64,000 nucleotides of DNA from Lama glama (lineage: Eukaryota), in assembly GCA_028534125.1 (NCBI GenBank), contig CM052816.1, positions 82,586,001-82,650,000 of the forward strand, given 5' to 3'. Positions 38,793 through 51,597 of the stretch are shown here, piece after piece; the first letter of the stretch is position 1, and every line of letters starts with the position of its first letter. The notes under the pieces were generated by a model. The model made no database searches. It was given only the letters and a program-made list of their open reading frames with translations, and had not been told where the DNA came from. Made by a program: the position numbers and the translations under genes.

Positions 38793-41700
38793 TAATAGAT
38801 ATTTTTTAAAGTGTCCTATAACAAGTTTGAAGAATTCCAAAATGGAAAGGGCCTTGGATTCAGAATATTTAGACAGCCACTATGATTATGTATCTTCTTT
38901 GGAAACTCTCTAAGTTTTGTTTCTTTTTGAACTGAATGGAATGTAGTAGGGGAAACAGGGAGAGTTGAGAAATAAAAGCAGAGAGAATCTGTGTCCTAGC
39001 CTCATGAAAGCTCAGGAAAAGAGCCTTTCTTATAGGACTAAGACGGGCATGGACCCAGCAGCCCTGAAAAGGATACAATGACGCAGTGTGGGGGTGGCAG
39101 CATGGCCTAATTACCAAATGTCAGAAAAGGAAAAGGGCACCTCAGAAGATGCCACCTTTGGTAGACAGTGATAACCCAGACAAGATGCCTCCTGTCCCCC
39201 AGGGGACTTGAGTGATTGAAATTTTTTTTCTACAACCTACTAGATTGGAGAGCAACTTAGAAAATATGCTTAGCGAATGAAAATTATGGAAAATTGCATT
39301 CCTTGCACATCTGAGTCAGTGGCTTGAAATTTAATTTTACTGTAGGAACATTTCTTTGGACTAGGATTCCTAGGAATATACTTTAGAATGCAGTAATCAA
39401 GCTAATTAATTCCTAGCAGTATATATATTTCATACTCACTGAGCTGAGCAAGATTATCTTCAAAACACAAATTACTTAATAGGTCTGATCTACTTAAAAC
39501 TCATAGTAGATGTATGAGGTATGGAGTATTGATAATTACCTTAATCAATGAGGAAAAAGACACAAGACATGCCTAAATGTTCTGTGGCATTTGCAGTCTT
39601 GACCTTGGCTTATTTTAGACCTCAGTTCATACTGTTTTCAGCCTGCAGATCTTTGGTGTGGCTATTATTTATGAAAAATAATTATTTTTTATCTAAGAAT
39701 TTTTTTCCAATATAAGTTGTATTTTAAAATAATCCTCTCCTCCTTCAAAAAATTGTTGCAATCAAGCAAGACAGTGTAATACATTTTAAAACCTTCTTTG
39801 GAGTTATTTTATAAGCTATAATCAAAACTCATTTTATTACTTTAAACTCACATGTACTTTTTAGAACATAGTTTACCTAAACTCACTACTATTCAGGGTC
39901 TGACACTTTGGGAAAGTTTAATGCACCCCATATTGAATCTTAAAAGTTTAAGATTTGATGCTATTAAAAGAATCTATGGTTCATAGTAGGCATGGATTAA
40001 ATACTTGTTGAATAAATGAAAAACTATTCTGAAGAATAGACTGTAGGTTCCTCACAGTTTTTCAAAGCCTAGTATATCCAGTTTAATTGTTACCCTTCTT
40101 TCAAGACATTCCTATAATCTTTCTCCTTGACATTCTTCTGTTATTTTTACGTTGAAGGTTATCTGTGTAGAGTTAAAATTAATATAATACATGTATTTAT
40201 AGTTTTTATTCATTTTATTCACATTATCTTTGAAGGCAAGGATAAGATATCATTATGAAATTTTAATCCTACACTGCATCTAGTTCAGTATATATTACAT
40301 AATAATTGTTGACGTATTTGGTAAAACTGTGTAGAATTCCCACTTCATTTAAATTGTCTTTATTAGTTTTACCACTAAACAAGAGAGATATTTTCAGTTA
40401 CACAAACAAGTATAGACTAAGCATAGTTACACTGAAAGATACTGAATAGAATAATGTCAACTGTATACAACAAAGGGCTAAAAGCACCAATGTGTGGTTG
40501 TGTGAAATCTGATAATTAAGAAATTAAGGCAGAATCCAAAAGCATGAAAATACATTCTCTTTATAACACTGTTACATTTCTATTTATGTCATTTCTTTAG
40601 GTAACTATTAGCTTTATTTGATGCATGAAAGACTACAGAGAATTTACATTTTTATTTGTTTTTATTCATCAGAGTATTAAAATGGAGAGTCCATGGTTAT
40701 ATTTCAAAGTTTTGTGAATGCTGACAAAATATATGCTCAGTTAGGGCTAAATGTGTTTGTGCAGTTTATTGGGTAGAAAACTGTGGGCTTTTATCACATG
40801 TTCATTGGATTACTAGCAAAAAGAGAGGTTAAGATTATTGATCGATTTCTGTATTCTGTAAAGTTCCACAATAACTATTTTACACTCAAATAGGCAATAA
40901 ACGTTTTGGGTGGTTATAATGGGTTGATCACTGGGTGTTGAATAAGAACAAGGATACATGTTTTTAAGAATTCAATTTAAACAGGAAGGATAAGGAAATG
41001 CACATGAAACCAATAAATAATAAAACAACATAAATCCACTATAATCAAATTATGTTCAGGCAACTCAAATCAACTGCTAAATTGTGTAGTGAAAGCTACA
41101 GATAATGAGAGTTCAGAAAAGAGGTATATTTGTTAATGTGTGTAAACTTAGGAGGGCTTTACAGAAGAGAGGAGACGATGGACTCAAAGTGCAAGTTTAT
41201 GTGAGATTTGTATGGAAACTGAATGAGATCGAGAGAGAAAGCTGGAATTAACTCTGTTTCCCAGCCACAGCAAGCTATCCTTATTTTTCTCCCCAAAAGA
41301 TTCTGATTTCAAGTTTAAAGTAGCCTAGGATTGAATTTTTGAATATACAACACTTTCAGGAGTCACAGTCAGAATATACTACAAGTTGAAAACACCAGGA
41401 AAATCAGTATTCTATTATTATTTAAGCTATTCAGACAATGTTTTTTGGAGAGTTTTGAGATTGCATTACCTTCTTACAAACATTGGAGCTATTAGGTCAT
41501 CTCTGTTAAATTATTTTTCTTATTGTGAATACAGATTTGCATAATGGTCAAGAATGTTTAGCAGGGCCTAAACCTTTGACTACATTTGTAAGAAAGAGTC
41601 TTAATGTTTAACAAATGTCAACAGAAAATCTATTTCATTTGTGATTTTTTTTTTGAGTACTTCTCTCAATCGATTCTTTTTGCAGGTGTTTTTTACAGCA

Positions 41701-42074
41701 ATTTCTAAACAATTGATCAAAGCTGTGAAGATTTTCCACTTTTCATTCCAAGACTCTTGTCACATAGATATTTCCTAAGAAATGTACAAATCATTACATA
41801 TAAAATTAGTAAAGCCCACTAATTCTCTGAGATATTGCAGGTTCTTCATTAATTATAGATTCCCAAGATGAGTAATGCTGGGTAACAAAATGTTAAACAA
41901 GTCTCCTTGCTGGATTTTCCCAGATTTTGTTACTATAAAATGGGTGTAAATCCCTAGTGGTGGGTATGTTATGCAGCATCTAATATTTAATCATAAAATA
42001 TCTGTTAATAATCAATGCAACAAGTATTCTGATGAACATACTGAGGGAAATGCTGATTTAAGCCATATACCTGA

Positions 42075-42170
42075 ACCTCCTTCCATTTTATAGATGGAAG
42101 ATTGGAAGCCCAGATAGTTTATATGTCCTGTTCTAGGTCACCCAAGTAGTTTCTGACAGAACAAACACTT
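42075..42170 (-). mobile_element. MIR core fragment
   Basis: ccattttatagatggaagattggaagcccaga...aggtcacccaagtagt. Confidence 0.65.
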
Positions 42171-42949
42171 ACAGTCTCTCCTTCCTGAAATTGCATTACG
42201 ATGAGAATAGAGGAGGTTTTACAGTGTAACAGTGGAACAACAGAAGGCATATGGAAGAGGAGTGACAGATGGAAGATGGAGGTGAGAAAGAGCAGCCAGA
42301 ATATGGGGCATGCTTAGCAAAATTAACAGGGGCTCCTGACTGATATGCATAATGGAGAACAGTAGTAAGAAGTTAAGCAGGAAACAGAGGACTAATTGGG
42401 GCTACCATTACAAAATAGTTGACCCTCTAAACATTGCATATGAAAAGAACAGAAGCCAGATATTTACATGCTTAACAGGCAAATAATAATTCAAACATAT
42501 ACATGTTAAAGAAGGTGATATTTCTTGCAAAAAAATATAAGCAGCTATGACATGACATTTCAGCTAGTGGGTTTTGGTACTGCAAATTAAAGCCTCTGTA
42601 TTCTATTTGGGATTAGCTGCCTAACAGCTAATCCTAAACATTTTCTGCCAGTCAACAACACCCTCTCAGATAATGAGAGATACCAGTGTCCTTTCTATTG
42701 CTTCATTTTTATAGGTGGATTAAAAAGTCTATGAAACATTTGAAGAAAAAATAAAGAAAACATCAAGATAAGCAATTAGAAAGCCAATGCTAGTGCAGAC
42801 AGAAATAATTAACACAGCAGAAATAAACTTTTTAAAAAACTCATGATTTCAGCAAAATTTGAGATGCTATTTTTGGAGAAAAGCAAATATTAAAAATAAT
42901 CCATATAAAATATAGTAAATAAGCTACTTAATTCACTATATAAATCTGA

Positions 42950-43390
42950 TAAGAGCAGAAATACAAAATACTAAAAAACATTCAAAAAAGAAATTGTGAC
43001 CATTTGACACTACATTAAACAATATATATTCATAATAATGCATATTCTGGTTTATTGAGGTTTCAACATTTAAAACCAACTAATGAACAAGGAGAAGATC
43101 TAATTATGTTATACAGTAGACTATAGCATCCTTAGTGTTATAAAATGATAACAGAATAGATACATTTGCTAACATCTTCATTTCATAAAGTATCTGTAAC
43201 AATGGAACATTAAGACAGGGCTGTATCAGCATATTAGAGACTTGAAAATAGCCCCCAGAAAAATGAAAACATTCAAGTGAGAGTAACAGAGGGTGAGCAG
43301 TGGAGAAGGAAACCTGGAAAACTGGCTTTTAAGCCCATAGGACTTTAAATTATGTGCATATATGTATTACTTGAATAAGAATAATAAATC
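42950..43390 (+). mobile_element. HAL1/old L1-like 3' end
   Basis: gactttaaattatgtgcatatatgtattacttgaataagaataataaa resembles HAL1 terminus. Confidence 0.4.
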
Positions 43391-45599
43391 AATCTTAATA
43401 TAGCATTTAGCAAGTAAATTAAAATATGTATCAGTTCTTAATAAACATTGAAAAGGCATATAAGTCTTAATATCTTTTCCTTTTACAGATTGAAATTGTT
43501 TAATTCAATCTTTCTAATATTTCAAATTTAGTAAGGCTCATTATGCTATGAATTTCGAGAGGAGACATATTCTTCTATTATATTTATATCCCCAGCCTCT
43601 TGTAAGTACTTTCTATAGAGAAGGTACTCAAATGTTGGTACTTTCCAGAGACCAGGCATTCAAATGTTGCTAATGTATCAAGAAGACACGACTGAGATCA
43701 CATTAATACTCATTAAAATTTTATTTACAAAATTAATTATAAAATAATTGAGGAATAGATGATTAAAATGTGTACAACGTTCTTGTCTGTGAAGTTATTT
43801 CCTTGCAAACAGGCATATGCACAATATATACTTTTATTCACACTCAAATATGTATTGTACATGGATATGGATTTAAATCTTATATGTTCTTTTTCTAGGT
43901 ATTAAAATCAGTCAGTGATTTTTTAAATTTCAAAAGAAGATAACTGAGATTTCTTAGAAAGTATTTGGAATTTTATTAGCTCTCATTCATGAAAGGTAAA
44001 TATATTGCTTGAAGTTTACCAAATTTAATTAGCATTGATCTCTTATTCAATGTAGAGATAGATGAATTTATCAATAATGACTCCAAACAAGAATTTTTAA
44101 ATATAGCCTAGACTTTCTCAGAAAATTTGGTTTTTATCTTTTTTGCATGCTTAATAATGCATGCCAGTCTGATATTTTTTGCATGCTTAAATAAGCATAA
44201 ATGCATGTTTATTTCTTTTATTTTGAATCCTTTTTTGGGGGGAATGCTTGTTATTCACAGTTAATACTGATCACTTACCTTCTTACTTATGAATCCTAAA
44301 CTGTAATGGCCATAGTCTTCCTCGACTGTTGTTACCTAATAGTAGGTCAAATTTGCCAAATTTTAAGCCATCCTTAATATTATATATTAATCAGATTTGC
44401 ATATGTGAGATGAATCGTAGATACTCCTGTTTTTTAATATAAATACTATATTTCTTTTGGATCCGACCAACAGGACATATTTTAACATGATGTGATCAGG
44501 AAAGATAGAAAAAACATATTAGGATTTAAAGGAAAAATTATTTTCTCACTAAGCCATCAAACCTAGAACTGCTTGATAGGATGTACATGCAAATAAGGTC
44601 ACTTGCTATTAACTTTTGTTTTTCCTGAGGCCTGCTTATTTGACTTGTAATTCTGTATCCCTGCAAGGCAATGACTTTCTGAAGGGAATTTCTGTCTCTT
44701 GCTTCATGGAAAGATTGAGGTAGCAAAATGGTTTGTAATAAGAAAGAAGTCAACCTTTGCCCTGAACACAAAATAAGCCTGCAGTATACTTTTCAAAGCT
44801 CAGCAAAACTTGGATACGTTGTATAAAAGTGTGTGTACAGGTGAAGCCCCATAACTTTTAATTCTGCCTGGATCTGAAGACAATCTGTGAAAAATGAGTA
44901 GAAAACCTGTTCTGGAAGAAGTTTTTAGCCTCTGTAGATGTCGGAATGAATACCTGGACAGAGTATGAACTCATATTTAGATTATGTAAGATTCTTCTAA
45001 GTTAGTCTGCATTTAAGAAGAGACCTAAACAGCTCAGAATATAATACCAATTTTTTCCTTTTAACCTCAAAACCTATTGGAGAGATGTAAAAAATGGTGA
45101 CACATTTAAAAATATTTTTCACTAAACAAATAGAATTCAAATATTCATATCTACTCTTACTTAGCTGCAATTATAAAATATTTTATTATAATATAGAAAT
45201 AATATGTAATATTCTCAAATGTGGGTGTTGTAAGCAAACATGACCTGAGAATAATTTGCAAATGGGCAGAAAAATAATATGTATGGAAAAACCTTAATTA
45301 AATTGTATAATCTATTTATTTCTCAATAAAAACTTCTCTTTTTTTGGTATGTTTTTATAATAATTTAATTTAGTAAATGACTTAATTTAGTAAAAATGTT
45401 TCAGGTTCTATAGTTAGGACTTTATATATAAAGAGAAATAAAAAAGACAATCACTAATTAAGAGTGGGATGGTATAACAAGAATAGTAGGAATATTTTAA
45501 TGTAAATAAATAGAATTTAGGAAGAAATAAAAAATGTAAATAGATGGGAAATTAATACAATTTCCATCAATTCACAGAATTTAAAATTTAAGGTGAATT

Positions 45600-47930
45600 G
45601 CTATCAAGTTCTATTTCTTCTGTCTCATTTCTAGAGTTTCATATATAAAAATCATATAGTGTATTCTCTTTGGGTCTAGTATAACTGTAAAACATCTAAA
45701 AGTATAGCACTTTGAGACACATCATACCTGGAGGTATATCAATGTTTTTAATATTTTCAGAGAACTGCATTTTGGTTTTATTGATCTTTTCCCTACTTTT
45801 TCTCTTTGTGTTTTTGGTTTTTATTCCATTAGTTTCTCTTATTTTTATTTTTTAACTTTCTAATTAATTTGCTCATGTTCTTATACATTTTAAGATAGAT
45901 TTTTAAAACATTGATCTTTATGTGTTTCTTATTATCTGATGGAAGCATTTAAAACAAAACATGTATACTTAATTACTGCTGTAACTGCCTCCCACAGATT
46001 TTGATATGTTCTGTTTTTATTTTCATGCAGTTCAAGGCATTTTCTTATTTGCCTAGTGATTTCTTCCTTGGCCTACATTTATGTGGGAGTTTAATATTTA
46101 AATTTCAAAATATTTGCAAATATTCAAAATATCTTTCTGGAGCTGATCTCTAATTTTCTTGTAGTCTGGACAGATTCTGTGTATGATCTCAGTACTCTGG
46201 AAATTATCTAGACTCTAATTCTTTTGAAAGTTACTCGTGCACTTGGAAAAGATGTGTATTACACTGCAGTTGGGTGGTTGTAACAAATTACCATAAACTG
46301 GATGGCTTAAAGCAACAGAAATTCATTCTCTTACCATTCAGGAAGTCCAGAAGACTGAAATAAAGTGTTGGAAAGGTTTATTTTTTTCTGGAGGCTCTCT
46401 CCTAGTTTTTGGTGATTGCCAACAATCCCTGGTATTCCTTGGCTTGTAGAAGCATCTTTCCACTCTATGCCTCTATCTTTAAATCATCTTCTTCTGTGTC
46501 TTCTCCTTTTCAGTCTTTATAAGGATGGTGTCATTGGATTTATGATCAGTCTAATCAAGGATGATCTCATTTCAAGATCGTCACCTTAATTAAATCTGCA
46601 AATACTCTTGTTCCAAAGAAGTTTATATTCTGAAGTTCCAGGTGGACATGAATTTTGAATGGACACTAGGCCACCTGCTATCATTGTGGGTGGGTGTTTC
46701 ATAAAGTCAATTAGTTTCAGTTGGTTGATGGTATAGTTTATGTTTTCTCTTTCTTGATTTATTTTTATTTAACTTGTTCTATCAGTATTAGTTACTAAGA
46801 AGTGTCTTAACATTTTCGACTACAATTGTAGATTTATCTATTTTTCCTGTCAGTTCTTTCAGCTTTTGCTCCATGTATTTTGACCATTTAGGATCGCAAT
46901 GTCTTCTGTGTGAATTTATCCTGTCCCTCTTTATTCCTGGTATAAATTCTTGTCCTGAAGTCTGCTTTCTGGGGTTTATCTCACAACTCATATTTCTTTT
47001 GGTTAATGTGTCCATGATATATCTTTCTCTATTATTTTACTTTTAATTCCTCTTTGTCTTTATTTGTGTCTCCTTTCAGATAGCAAATAGTTCTGTCTTG
47101 CTCTTATCCAACCTGATGAGACTTACTTTTAACTGATATATTAAGATTATTTACTTTTCATGTAATTATTGATATCTTGGGATTTAAATGTATCATTTTA
47201 GTCTCTGTTTTCTATTTTCCTCATCTCTTATTTAGTTCCTGTTTTCCTTTTGCCTTAATTCATTATCTTCGTCATTTCTGGATCTCTCTGTGTTTTATCC
47301 CTTGATGATTATGGTTCATGTTTTTATGGGGTTTTGGGGCATATCTGGTATTACTTATTGGTATATTGCCATTGTGTACTTTACATTGTTGAGCATGTCA
47401 TTTATTGTTTTATTTACAGATGCTTAAATTTTGTTCTTGCTTTGTGTTAGGTTGTTTGGATGCAAGTTTGATCCCTTCAACATTATCTAACCTATTAAAA
47501 GATGGCCTATTATAACCTTTGCACTTAGGCTAATGTAGCCCCACAACTAAGGCATGGCCTTCCTGTGACTTCAACTGCAGCCATATTGCATTCAGCAAGG
47601 TTTCTCCATGTCTGCTAGTGAGAGCTTGACCACTCATTGGATTTTTAGTGTGTTCTGCTAATTATTTAGTTTGCAGCTCTCCTATAATTGTTAGTTCCCT
47701 GAAAGTTGTTCTTCATTCAGTCTTATGGAATTTCCCCTTAGAGATATACAGACTTATATTCAGTGAAAGATTCAAGGTGCCCCCTATGCATGCACTGATA
47801 ACTCCTTTTCCAGTATTTGGCCCTACAAATTCTACAATTAGAGTATTATGGTTTTACATGGCCATTTCAACTTATTCTTCTGTCTTCTTAACTCCTATGA
47901 ATTATTTTCTCTTCAGTACCAGGTGATGAG
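45600..47930 (-). mobile_element. Old L1M fragments (ORF2 endonuclease region and flanks), interrupted by MLT1
   Basis: ORF 46788-47015 contains KYMEQKLKELTGKIDKSTIVVEN (L1 EN-like); cccacagattttgatatgtt; tgcacttggaaaagatgtgtatt. Confidence 0.85.
46270..46684 (-). mobile_element. MaLR solo LTR (MLT1C-like) nested in L1
   Basis: gtaacaaattaccataaactggatggcttaaagcaacagaaatt; atgatctcatttcaagatc; ccaggtggacatgaatttt. Confidence 0.9.
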
Positions 47931-47984
47931 TTTGTTTTCCTGATTATTGAGAAATTTTGAAACAACAGAAAGGGAACTTTGGTA

Positions 47985-49360
47985 ACCTCTACCACCACAC
48001 ATATCTTAGTACAGACACACAGTTACTACCTTGGATGAATGGTCTGTGCTGCTCACATTGATCCATGCCTGCACAGGTATAGTAGGAGTCATCTACTCTC
48101 ATCTACGCAAGGACGCTTCTCCAATAATTCTTCCATCTTTTTCTTGATTCAACAGTTCCTTTTTCCCCATGATACAAATAGCCTGTAATAACCTCCACAC
48201 TTGAAAGAAAAGCAACCCAGTCATCTTCTTGTCAGGCTAAAACTCTCTCCATCAATTGCTTCCCTTTCTCTGCTTCTCTGTGGAGAGAAATGCTTCAAAG
48301 GGCGATCTCTACTCTCTTCTTTACTTCCTCTTTGCTCATTTTCCTTTGGGTTTAGTCCAATCAGACTTTTATCTTACCATTCTGTTGAAACAGCTTTTTG
48401 TTAAGTCACCAATAACCTCAAAATTGCCACATCAAATCTAATCCAGACTAGTCTATTCTAATCCCTGCCCCCATGGTACTCATCCAATTAACCGAATTTG
48501 GCGCAATTCGATCTGCTCCTTTTTCTTGATATACTTCCTTAACTTGGCCTTACAGGCATTATTCTATAGGCTTTTACCCCACATCGCCACCTGTTCCTAT
48601 GGGGTTCCCTTTGCTTATCTCTCCTCTCCTCCCCAATCTTTCACCCTTAAACTGCTCTACAGTTTAGTTCTTGAACTTCTCTATCTGTACTCACTCTTCA
48701 AATCGTATTATTCTGTTCTACAGCTGTAAATTCTATCTACATGCTGATGAATCCCAAATTTATATCTCAAAGCCAGAGTAGTCTATAAACTTCAGGCTTA
48801 TATAGAGCTGACTAGCCAAAGAATTCATTTGGATGTATCAAAAACGTTTAAAACCAATGTCCTAATGTTGCTCCCAAACCTCCTCTCATCTTATCATCTC
48901 ATAAATGGTAATTCAATACTTCTAGCTCCTGAGACCCAAAACCCAGGAAATATCCGTGACTTTCTTCTTTTCCTCACAGCCCACCCAATACGTCAGCAAA
49001 TTCTGATGGTTCTACCTTGAAAATATACCTCAAATTGATCTCCTTTTTTCTGCTTCTACTCCTGCTACTCTGGACCGAGCTACCATAATTTCTCTTCTTC
49101 AGCTGAAGTAAAGCCTAACTTGTTTCCATGCCTTTTTTGCTTTATTCCCTCCTTTGCCACTGTTTTTCACACTGTAAACAGAGACACACCTTAAAAATGA
49201 AGTCATTCCTGTTCTATCAGTGCAACATCTTCCTTCCTAACTCATAGTAAACACCCGCCACTGTGCTTATTACCTCTGGTTCCTCTCTGTCATCACTTCC
49301 ATTTGATTGCACCTCTATCCACAGTGACCTCCTTGATGCTTTTCAAACATATTCTTTCAG
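47985..49360 (+). mobile_element. Long L2 fragment (RT region to 3' part)
   Basis: gaaacagctttttgttaagtcaccaataacctc; ctacatgctgatgaatcccaaatttatatctc (decayed LYADDSQIY); tcagcaaattctgatggttctaccttgaaaatata. Confidence 0.9.
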
Positions 49361-49409
49361 AGCCCCTGATGCGCTCTCTGCTGTCCTTATTAAGAACACA
49401 CTAAATATT

Positions 49410-49510
49410 AACTAATTAAAGGAAGTAACTGAGGTAAATGGATTATGTAACTTGGCTAATAAAATACACCAAGCTTAGGCAAAATAAGAACTAAAACCTT
49501 ATCTCTTTTT
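49410..49510 (-). mobile_element. MIR fragment
   Basis: aactgaggtaaatggattatgtaacttggctaa. Confidence 0.5.
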
Positions 49511-49802
49511 CCCACAATATTTTTTTTCTCTAGATATTTAGAGCTTACAATTCAAACAATGAATGCACCTTCACAGTAGAAACATGTTATATATTCAGAA
49601 AGACATAGAGTTTACTTTTTTTTTTTAGTTTCTAATTAATTGTACCTTGCAACCTACTTATTTTCAAACACTATCTATACAATTTTAGTATTAAAATATT
49701 TCTTATGTAGTCATGGATATTAATGAAAATCTTTCAATAGATTTCTCCTGATTATAGGGAGAAATTTAAATTGTGCTAGTTTCAAATTAAAACAACTGGT
49801 AG

Positions 49803-49945
49803 CAACAACAAAAAAGGTGATGATGAATATATGTATGTTCATGTATAACTGAAAAATTGTGCTCTACACTGGGATTTGACACAACATTGTAAAATGACTA
49901 TTACTCAGTTAAAAAATGTCAAACAAACAAACAACCAGCAGCAAC
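49803..49945 (+). mobile_element. Very short young L1 3' end
   Basis: aatatatgtatgttcatgtataactgaaaaattgtgctctacactgggatttgacacaacattgtaaaatgact, similar to 37310-37385; flanks aaaacaactgg / aaaacaatctgg. Confidence 0.85.
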
Positions 49946-51469
49946 AAAACAATCTGGCTATCCAAAGTTTTACTCAGAAAAAGACTCAAAAAGGAAATAT
50001 TACTTACAACATTAGATTAAAAAGACAAAGAAACACATTCAAAATGACTATTATAATTTTGCCCTGTGAGCTATAAGATGCTTTATTCTTTAACTTGTAT
50101 AAAAAGCTAGCAGTGACGCTCTGTCCATTTGGATGGTACCACAATTATTTCATTGAGCAATTCTCCCTAATTCCATATTGCCAGCTGAAAAGAACAAATT
50201 GTATTTAAGTAATAAAGAAATAGCTACACTTTTCCTCAATTCTGCCATAATTCAGTTTCCTCTGCTGGCTGCTCTAGTCTACCCCTGACTGACGGTAGGC
50301 AGCAACATATGGCAACACTGAGAGAATTTTTAAAAGAAATCTGCTAATGGCAACAAACAAATAAACAATCAGGAAGACCCAACAGTCAGGAAGAATTAAT
50401 AAAGCTGGCAAATGCTTGGTTAGTAAAGCTTGTCACAGTGAGCAAAGCCAAGTGTCTGCACATATCTTGGTTGAGTTCTCTCTCATCGGGCACAGCACAT
50501 TAATTGCTAGGGCTGCACTGAATTTAATGTTGTTGCAAACATAAGTACTTTGTTACAAAGGCCTCCATATTTCTTTGCTCTGATGATTTCCCAGAACTGA
50601 ACCTCCCAAAACCAAATAGGTAAACTGTGATCATCTTAGCAGAATGCAAAATCTAGTTGTTTCTGACTTACAATTCAAAACAAACAAACAACCTCCCTCC
50701 TCAAGAAAACCAAACCAAAACAAAAGCCAAACAGTCACAACAAAGGAACATGCAAGCCTTCTCATATACCTAGCACAGGTCTTCTATGTCATTAACAATA
50801 AGGAATTTTTGGCTTTTAGGATGGTTTGGTATACAATAAAAAATAAATGTATATTTTGAAAATCAATTTACTGATACTAAACCAGTTACTAAGTCCCTTT
50901 CTCTGTCTTTTAGTAACAAGTACTCCTTTAGTTTTTCCATTTCTGTTACCATAATACTTAATAAAAAGATGAAAAATTTTCTAATCAAAGAATACAAGAA
51001 AACAAAGGAACATATCAGTATTTTAGTAGAACAGATTTTCCTTCTTTGGTTATATGCCTTTGATGTCACCTTTGTCTAATTCTTCCAGACTTTACAGATG
51101 AAGAAAACTGCTTATCTTTTTGTCCCAAATTAGAATTCTCATCTCCAACATGCTATATAGATCCATTTCCTTTTCACATTGTGATGCTGATTCTCATGTG
51201 CTTCCTGTGGTTCTTTGCAAGGCAGAATAGTTTGTTTGGCTCTCTAGGTTTTTAATGTAGTTTTGAGTCTATTTAAAATGATCAAAGTTTTGAATTTTGT
51301 ATTTCAAAGACTATATTCATCTCTTTTTCTGTCTCTAAGAAATGAAGTTACCGCCTCCATTAATGATGGGGGAACAGATTATCAAATTTAGCCTCAGACA
51401 CTAATCGCCAAGGAGAATTTAAAACAAGAACGATAACAATAATAATAACAAGCCAGAACTGAGCCCTAG

Positions 51470-51597
51470 GTAAGCAGTGCTAGTCCTTAGATGAGCTAGA
51501 ATTGGAATCTCTGAGATCGAAGTCCAGATAATGGCGTTTGTTTTCAAGTCTCCAGGTGATTCAAGGGTGAAGCCCAGCCAGGGTTAAAACCACTGCA
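51470..51597. mobile_element. MER5-like DNA transposon remnant
   Basis: gaatctctgaga...ttttcaagtctccaggtgattc...gggttaaaaccactgc. Confidence 0.7.
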
